Made by a program: the position numbers and the translations under genes
Notes under the pieces: model-generated
The model's input: the letters and a program-made list of their open reading frames with translations, nothing else
What the model was told of the DNA's origin: nothing
The model's database searches: none
Shown: in pieces, positions 58,247-64,000 of the stretch
Position numbering within the stretch: the stretch's first letter is position 1
How the letters are laid out: the number at the start of each line of letters is the position of its first letter
Source of the DNA: Nitrososphaerota archaeon
GTDB taxonomy: Archaea; Thermoproteota; Nitrososphaeria_A; Caldarchaeales; Calditenuaceae
Length of the DNA stretch: 64,000 nt
Assembly: GCA_041641295.1 (NCBI GenBank)
Contig: JBEPYO010000001.1
Location: 768,001 to 832,000, forward strand
Direction of reading: 5' to 3'

Positions 58247-59326
58247 CTACGCCTCCTCGACGCCGGCCTCTGTCTTGGTGAGCCTGAGGGCGGTGTAGGC
58301 TGCTAGGAGGGCTGTGGGCGCTGCCAGCTCTGTTGGGAGGGTCATCGCGGGTGCCAAGTCTATGACTAGGTCTGCGACCCTGTAGATTCCCTTCGGAATC
58401 CCCTCACGCGAGCCGAAGAGAAAGTTGATACGCTTGGCGGAGCTGTAGAGCTCTGCGAGACGCTCCGAGGCCTTTGAGAGCTCCACACCCTCCGGCTCGA
58501 AGACTATAATCGGTTCACCCCTCCTAGCCCTGACCAGCTGGTAGAGGTCCTGGACGGTTACGCTGACTCTTCGGGGTTTACGCGCATAGGCCCTGAGCTG
58601 GACCTCAAACCTGCTCTCAAGACCCTCCAAGACCCCTAACAGAAACTCTGCGAGAGACCGCGCATCAACAGGCTCCGAGGGAGCGACCACGAGCTCACCC
58701 ACCTCAAAGGCCTGGACAGCCCTCCCAATCCTAGCACCCATCTCCCTACACGACTTAGGCGGCCCAACATACGGCATCTGAACCACACTAATCTTGCTGA
58801 AGAAGCCCCAAGCCTCCCTCTTCCCCGGCCCCATCTTCACCCACTCCCGCCCACCCTCATAGACCGAGACATACGCAACATCATCGATTATCTCGACGCG
58901 CACAACCATGTCAGGGTGGTCTAAGTCAACAGGTGCAGAGAATTCGCGCTGGATTGCAGCACCCACCGCCACATTCACATCCAAGCTCGTGAAGCTGTGG
59001 CGGCCCCTCCTCACAGTCCTCACGGCGAAGGACTTCCCACCGTCAAGCCTGCCCTGAGCCGCCCGTACCGCGGCCTCCGCGATACCCTCCAAGCTGCCCG
59101 CATCCGCCGTGGCCACAACTCTGTAGACGCTCTCAGACTCCAAGACCTCCGAGAGAATACGCTGGTAGAGGCCGTCTGGGTCGCTGCACCGCACCACACC
59201 CACGAGCCCCACATACCCCCCGGGCCTAACCACCACCTCCGCCCCAGGGTCCAGCTCAGCTATCCTCGAGGCGCAGACCTCCTCAAGCCCCAGCGGGGTC
59301 TTAACCAGTATCTCCAAGACCAGCAC
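58247..59326 (-). CDS. THUMP-domain SPOUT-family RNA methyltransferase
   Basis: THUMP domain SFAVRTVRRG.H.F.S...VDL..PD; SPOUT domain GRAVQAFEV.EL, GSREGIPKG, DLAP..TL.TE. Confidence 0.8.
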   Translation of the reverse strand: MLVLEILVKTPLGLEEVCASRIAELDPGAEVVVRPGGYVGLVGVVRCSDPDGLYQRILSEVLESESVYRVVATADAGSLEGIAEAAVRAAQGRLDGGKSFAVRTVRRGRHSFTSLDVNVAVGAAIQREFSAPVDLDHPDMVVRVEIIDDVAYVSVYEGGREWVKMGPGKREAWGFFSKISVVQMPYVGPPKSCREMGARIGRAVQAFEVGELVVAPSEPVDARSLAEFLLGVLEGLESRFEVQLRAYARKPRRVSVTVQDLYQLVRARRGEPIIVFEPEGVELSKASERLAELYSSAKRINFLFGSREGIPKGIYRVADLVIDLAPAMTLPTELAAPTALLAAYTALRLTKTEAGVEEA

Positions 59327-61025
59327 CCAGCCTCCTCAAACCGACAATCCTAGCCCTAACCTCTCTGAAGTATCTGCTCTCCCTCCTGACAGTCTTCTCG
59401 AGGATTGTGGCTGCCGTGTAGAGCTGGGCCGTGTCTCCGTGGGCGAGGAAGTTGATGAGGAGCGGATAGGCCCGGGCCCTGAACTCCCTCTCACTCCATC
59501 CCCTCTCCACGCATAGCCTCACCAGCCCCTCGACACCCTCCCTGAAGCCCTCGAGGCTTGGAGGTTCACACCCACACCTGAAGCCCTTCGCGAAGAAGAA
59601 GACGTAGTCGAAGGACATCGAGCCTACTTGGAGGGCGTGGAATGTTGTCTGGTAGGCCTTGAGGTATGGCTGTGGCGATGCGGCGATGAATCCGAACCCC
59701 GCATCTCTCAGGGCCTTGAAGAAGGCCGCGACGACTGAGGCGTCCTTGCTGTTGAACGTGGAGACCAGTAGGCCCGAGGGCTTGAGCACCCTGTAGCACT
59801 CGGTGAAGACCTCCCTCAGCCCCTCACAGTAGTCTTGGAGCGTCGAGCCCCTAGACCTGTTTATCACGACCTCACCCTCCTTGGGCGAGGAGCCGCCGAA
59901 TAACCAGAGGAAGTAGTCTGAGAGTTCGGCGTAGTTCACGTTGTCTCCGTAGGGTGGGTCTGTTATGACAGCGTCCACTGACTCTGAGGGGATTGGGAGA
60001 CTCCTAGAGTCTAGGTTCAGGACCATGTAGGTGCAGCCCCTCGACAAATCCTCGAAGGAGCTAGCCTCCCGCTGATGCATGCCGATGTAGGTGTTAGAGT
60101 AGCTCTTGCCGCGGATTACTGCGCGGGCCCTGTTCAGAAACTGCCTCCAGACATTCACCTCAGCATGCCTCGGGTATATCCAGTAGGCGTGCATCGCCCA
60201 GCCCTCGAGAATCCGCCCCCTCAGGTGGCTCATCTTTGAGGCCCACTTCAACGTGCTGCTGAGCGTGAAGAGGAGGAAGGACTTGACAGTCTCGAGGCCC
60301 TGGGCTGCGCAGACCTCCTCCACAGCCTCCTTGATCTTGAGTATCATGTAGAGGTTTCGCGGCGTGTAGAGTTCGTCGAAGAATCTTAGGCCGAGTTTGA
60401 GGAGGTCTCGGGTCTTGTCGCCGTGTGGTATCTCGACTCTCTTGTAGCTGGGTGGGCTGGGGGGTGGTGGGAGGTCGCCGGGCTCCGGCCTCTTCTCTCC
60501 CCGCATTCCGCAGGAGGGGCAGCTGTAGCGGGTCCTGACAGGCTCTCCGCTCACCGAGTCGAATTCCGTCCAGTGCGCCTGGGCCACACCGCCGCAGGAG
60601 GGGCAGCGGACATGGTAGAGCCTCTGGGCCAGCGGCTCAATCCTCCCAGCCACCAGCCCCAGTGCCTTCTCATACATCTCCAAGTCTAGCGGCGCGACCT
60701 CGTGTCTCATGATGAGTGTTGCGAGCGGGTTGATGTCAACCGCTATCACCCTCCTCCGCTCTGCGAGGCCCTCTACGAGTACGACGCCTCCTCCTGCGAA
60801 GGGGTCGAGTATCAGGTCGCCGGGGCTCGTGAATTCTCGGATTAGCGTTTTGAAGAGTTTCCAGGGCCTCCTGGCCCAGAACTTGTGCATTGTGTAGACT
60901 GGTGTGTGGGCTGTTGCTTGGAGTGTTCCGAGGCTCTTGATTTTGGATGCGAGCGGGGGTGGTGAGTGTGGGTCTATGACGGGCTGCTGGGGGTCTAGTA
61001 TTGTGCCACCCTCCTCCAGCACCAT
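59301..61025 (-). CDS. Amino (N6-A/N4-C) DNA methyltransferase with zinc-ribbon insert; no adjacent restriction enzyme
   Basis: MHKFWARRP, motif I LDPFAGGG, CPSC...CPSC, motif IV TDPPYGDNVNYAELS, RVLKPSG. Confidence 0.85.
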   Translation of the reverse strand: MVLEEGGTILDPQQPVIDPHSPPPLASKIKSLGTLQATAHTPVYTMHKFWARRPWKLFKTLIREFTSPGDLILDPFAGGGVVLVEGLAERRRVIAVDINPLATLIMRHEVAPLDLEMYEKALGLVAGRIEPLAQRLYHVRCPSCGGVAQAHWTEFDSVSGEPVRTRYSCPSCGMRGEKRPEPGDLPPPPSPPSYKRVEIPHGDKTRDLLKLGLRFFDELYTPRNLYMILKIKEAVEEVCAAQGLETVKSFLLFTLSSTLKWASKMSHLRGRILEGWAMHAYWIYPRHAEVNVWRQFLNRARAVIRGKSYSNTYIGMHQREASSFEDLSRGCTYMVLNLDSRSLPIPSESVDAVITDPPYGDNVNYAELSDYFLWLFGGSSPKEGEVVINRSRGSTLQDYCEGLREVFTECYRVLKPSGLLVSTFNSKDASVVAAFFKALRDAGFGFIAASPQPYLKAYQTTFHALQVGSMSFDYVFFFAKGFRCGCEPPSLEGFREGVEGLVRLCVERGWSEREFRARAYPLLINFLAHGDTAQLYTAATILEKTVRRESRYFREVRARIVGLRRLGAGLGDTG

Positions 61026-61070
61026 TCATCCTCCACCCTGCCTGGCGCTTTTAAGAGTTGGGGCCTCCAA

Positions 61071-61958
61071 CTAGAGGGTACCCCTCTCGATGTCCTCCAG
61101 CATCCTCTCTGCATCCTCCCTCACCGCAGAGTTCTCAAGCCGCGCAGGGCCGTGGAGGCGCATCCTATGCGCCACAGCGGCCATCGCCAGCGCCAGTGCA
61201 TAGGCTCTATCACCGGTCTCGAGTAGACCGACTAGGTAGGCTCCGCCGACTACGTCTCCCGCTCCCACCGTGTCCACAATTCTGTCAGCTCTCACCAAGC
61301 CCCTCAAGACCACGCCGCCCCCGCAGACCCATATGCCGTGTGAGGGTGAGGATGCTACGACGTCGCAGCCCAGTGTCTGAGAGGTCTTGACTGCTGCTTC
61401 GCGTGGTGTCGTGTATCCGAGGGCCTTGTACTCCTCCTCGGAGAACCTTAGGACTCCTATACCCGTGAACGGCTCCAAGCTTATTGGCCTCAGGGAAACG
61501 CTGTTGTCTGGGCCGAGGACTCTCATCATTCCCTGCGGGTCAAGCGCGACTTTCCTAAACCTCTTCACAGCAGCCGCGACATGCTCAGGCCTTATCTCGC
61601 CGGCGACTGGCCCGAGGTAGACCGCGTCGGCCTCCAGCTCCATCTGCTCCATGCTTATCTCCGCGCACCTGGCTGGAACCCACATCCTACGGCCGCTATC
61701 GATCCTTTCAATCCTGAAGCGGGTGGTCGCATGGCCCTCTAAGACCCTCACGTGGGACGTGTCTACGCCGAGTTCTCTGAGCCTGTCTAGGAGCCAGAGG
61801 CCGTCGGGGCCGATGTTGGAGACGGCTAGGGCCCTGTGTCCGAGTGAGGAGATTGCTAGGCCTGCGTAGGTTGGGACACCGCCGGGCGAGACTCTCACAC
61901 CGCCTGGCCAGACAACCTCGTCCACCACCACATAACCCACAACACCGATCCGCAGCAC
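61071..61958 (-). CDS. PfkB-family carbohydrate kinase
   Basis: G.VVVD, GG...YAG, LDPQG, DTVGAGD. Confidence 0.88.
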   Translation of the reverse strand: MLRIGVVGYVVVDEVVWPGGVRVSPGGVPTYAGLAISSLGHRALAVSNIGPDGLWLLDRLRELGVDTSHVRVLEGHATTRFRIERIDSGRRMWVPARCAEISMEQMELEADAVYLGPVAGEIRPEHVAAAVKRFRKVALDPQGMMRVLGPDNSVSLRPISLEPFTGIGVLRFSEEEYKALGYTTPREAAVKTSQTLGCDVVASSPSHGIWVCGGGVVLRGLVRADRIVDTVGAGDVVGGAYLVGLLETGDRAYALALAMAAVAHRMRLHGPARLENSAVREDAERMLEDIERGTL

Positions 61959-62011
61959 AGAGACTCAACAAGCCATGCCCACAAAACACGATAAAACCCT
62001 ATAGATGGAAT

Positions 62012-62133
62012 GGGTTGCCAGCACCCGGCTTTCGCGCCCGCTCCCGCAAAGCACTACTCGCCGGGCGGGTAGGGCTTAACTTCCGGGTTCGGAATGGGAC
62101 CGGGTGTTTCCCCTACCCTATGACCGGCAACCC
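62012..62133 (-). rRNA. rrf: 5S rRNA
   Basis: Minus strand GGGTTGCC...CATAG...CACCCGGTCCCATTCCGAACCCGGAAGTTAAGC...GGCAACCC with paired ends; 122 nt. Confidence 0.95.
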
Positions 62134-62200
62134 ACCGCTGAGAGTTGGTCGGACCACTAAATAAACATCTGCCGGCCAGGCCTAAGGGAGGGGGGCGGGT

Positions 62201-62908
62201 TTGAGGGGTGGGGTGTTGCTGAGCCTTAGGCTTGAGAAGGCCGTGGCCCTTAGGAGGCTTAACAGGTTTGTGGTCGAGGCCGAGGCGGGTGGAGAGAGGA
62301 TTCTGCTCCACACGAGGAATACTGGGAGGCTCTTGGACCTGCTCTACCCCGGGGCCCCACTCCTCTATGAGCCTCGGAGCGGTGGGAGGACGGCTGGCGT
62401 GATTGTCGGGGTCGAGGTTGGTGGGGGTGTGGCGGCTGTCATAGATCCTTACACGCAGGTCGCGGCCTTTGAGGATGCGTGGGGGAGGGGGTTGATAGGC
62501 TGGCTTAGGGGCTGGGGCGTGAGAGGTAGAGAGGCCGCCTACAGGGGTTCGCGGATAGATTATCTCCTTGAGAGTGCTGATGGTCTCGGGCTATTGGAGG
62601 TCAAGTCAGCCGTCTACTTCTCAGAGGATGGGGCCTGCATGTATCCTGACACTATTAGTGAGAGGGGGAGGAGACATGTGGACAGGCTGGTGGAGGCAAG
62701 AGGCGAGGGTTTGAGGGCAGTCATAGCGTTCATCGCCGCCCATCCAAGATGTACACACTTCAGGCCCTGCTGCAGTGTAGACCCCATCCTCTGTGAGAAG
62801 CTCAGAGAGGCTAGGGAGAGGGGTGTCGAGATACGCTCAGTTAAGATGCACTTGGAGGGTGGGGAGGTTCTGCTGGATTCCCCGGATTTGCCTGTAGAGC
62901 TTGGGTGA
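62201..62908 (+). CDS. sfsA: Sugar fermentation stimulation protein A (nuclease fold)
   Basis: RLNRFV, H..NTGRL..LL.PG, SRIDYLL, EVKS, PD..SERGRRH. Confidence 0.9.
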   Translation: MRGGVLLSLRLEKAVALRRLNRFVVEAEAGGERILLHTRNTGRLLDLLYPGAPLLYEPRSGGRTAGVIVGVEVGGGVAAVIDPYTQVAAFEDAWGRGLIGWLRGWGVRGREAAYRGSRIDYLLESADGLGLLEVKSAVYFSEDGACMYPDTISERGRRHVDRLVEARGEGLRAVIAFIAAHPRCTHFRPCCSVDPILCEKLREARERGVEIRSVKMHLEGGEVLLDSPDLPVELG

Positions 62909-62909
62909 G

Positions 62910-63302
62910 CTATTCCTCGGGCTTGAGCTTCTCGCCGAGATAGCCGTAGACGCCGACCTTGAGGACCTTCAGGCTGAGGAGGGCGCACTTAAGCCTCACG
63001 GGGCTCAGCTCAATTCCCAGCATGTCGAGTATCTGCTGCCTGTCAATACTCTTGATGTCTTCGAGCCTCATGCCCCTAACCCTCTCGGTCAGCATTGAGG
63101 CTGAGGCCTGGCTGATTGCACAGCCCTTTCCTCTGAACCTGATGTCCTCGACGACACCATCCCTAACCTTGATGTGCATCTCAACCACGTCGCCGCAGAG
63201 GGGGTTGGAGTCCTTCACACGTATGTCGGCGTCCGGGAGCTCCCCATAGTTCCGCGGATTCCTATAGTGGTCGAGGATATTCTCCAGCTCGGGTGAAGTC
63301 AT
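62910..63302 (-). CDS. Fe-S cluster scaffold, IscU/SufU family
   Basis: ILDHYRNPRNYG, NPLCGD, GCAISQASAS, RLKCALL. Confidence 0.93.
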   Translation of the reverse strand: MTSPELENILDHYRNPRNYGELPDADIRVKDSNPLCGDVVEMHIKVRDGVVEDIRFRGKGCAISQASASMLTERVRGMRLEDIKSIDRQQILDMLGIELSPVRLKCALLSLKVLKVGVYGYLGEKLKPEE

Positions 63303-63375
63303 CTAAACTAGCAGGGACGGCCAGGATAATAATAACCTTTTAAGAATGCATAGATGCGAGTAATCGGAGGACAGG

Positions 63376-64000
63376 CTATCTGGAGACAGGCCTCAACACT
63401 ATCTTGCAGCTGCTGTCCCCCATGTTTATGCACGCCACCTCCTCAGACTCATACTCCTCACCCTCAAAGACCTCCACGGCACCCTCAATCATCCCCCAAC
63501 CCACTGACAAGTGGGTGGACGCCTAATATCTCTGAGAAGTTGGCACTCTAGGTTATCGGTTAAGACGGCCGTGACTGTCTTGCCATCCCAGCGGTTCAGG
63601 CTCATAAACCTGACATATCCGAGGGCGCGGAAGAAGAGTTCAGCGCTCCTATACTGCGCCTCCAAGTCCTTGACGTTCAGGATGTCTGAGTAGATTCTCG
63701 CCGCCGTGCTCCCGATGCTCTTTCCAACATGGTAGAGGAAGACTGCGCCTGCCTCCCCAAAGGTCCTGTAGAGCCCTCTGATAAAACCGCTCATCGCTGG
63801 CTCACCGATTACTAATGCGCGGAATCTGAGGAATCCCTTGTAGTCGGAGTAGGTGTCGCCTAAGATGCCCGGAAGGGGGGAGCTGAATATCTGGGCGCGG
63901 CTGATTATTCTCGATGACTCGAGATCGGATATAAGCCCTGTTAAAACATTCTCCTCCACGCTGCCCAAGTCTATAAAAGTAATGAGGAAGTATTCGCTGG
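63376..64000 (-). pseudogene. V4R-domain protein (5' end outside window) interrupted by a single-base frameshift in a G5 run
   Basis: Frame stops at PPTCQWVGG*. The shifted frame 63492-63376 encodes MIEGAVEVFEGEEYESEEVACINMGDSSCKIVL, the V4R E..C...G...C tail. Confidence 0.75.

Noticed and set aside
62012-62133. 5S rRNA unlinked from 16S/23S
   Set aside because: This is the normal arrangement in Thermoproteota.

Overview
Thermophilic archaeal chromosome segment. Gene content (thermosome, GatDE, intron-containing tRNAs, standalone 5S rRNA, CoxMS, heme O synthase, TackOD1-like protein) suggests Thermoproteota, probably Caldarchaeales/'Aigarchaeota'; the taxonomy is inferred. From left to right it holds: a sugar/aminocyclitol uptake island (DegT-family aminotransferase, CUT1 ABC transporter, extended IPCT/DIPPS, GH151-like hydrolase); a KaiC-primase-like pair; a ~17-kb type IV pilus and glycosylation locus with a tandemly duplicated pilin cassette and a duplication/inversion scar; and housekeeping genes, three tRNAs and 5S rRNA. 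The most striking signal is at 41.0-42.2 kb. A divergent IS110/Tas-like protein (RuvC-like, coiled coil, Nop-like, no recognisable catalytic serine) overlaps at its 3' end a ~166-nt nested hairpin rich in G-U pairs. The hairpin has a two-fold pseudo-symmetric 13x13 internal loop built from two AUGA-N7-UUUAACAUG units, making it a candidate dual-guide RNA-guided system related to bridge RNA/TIGR-Tas. All calls come from reading motifs by eye; no searches were run.
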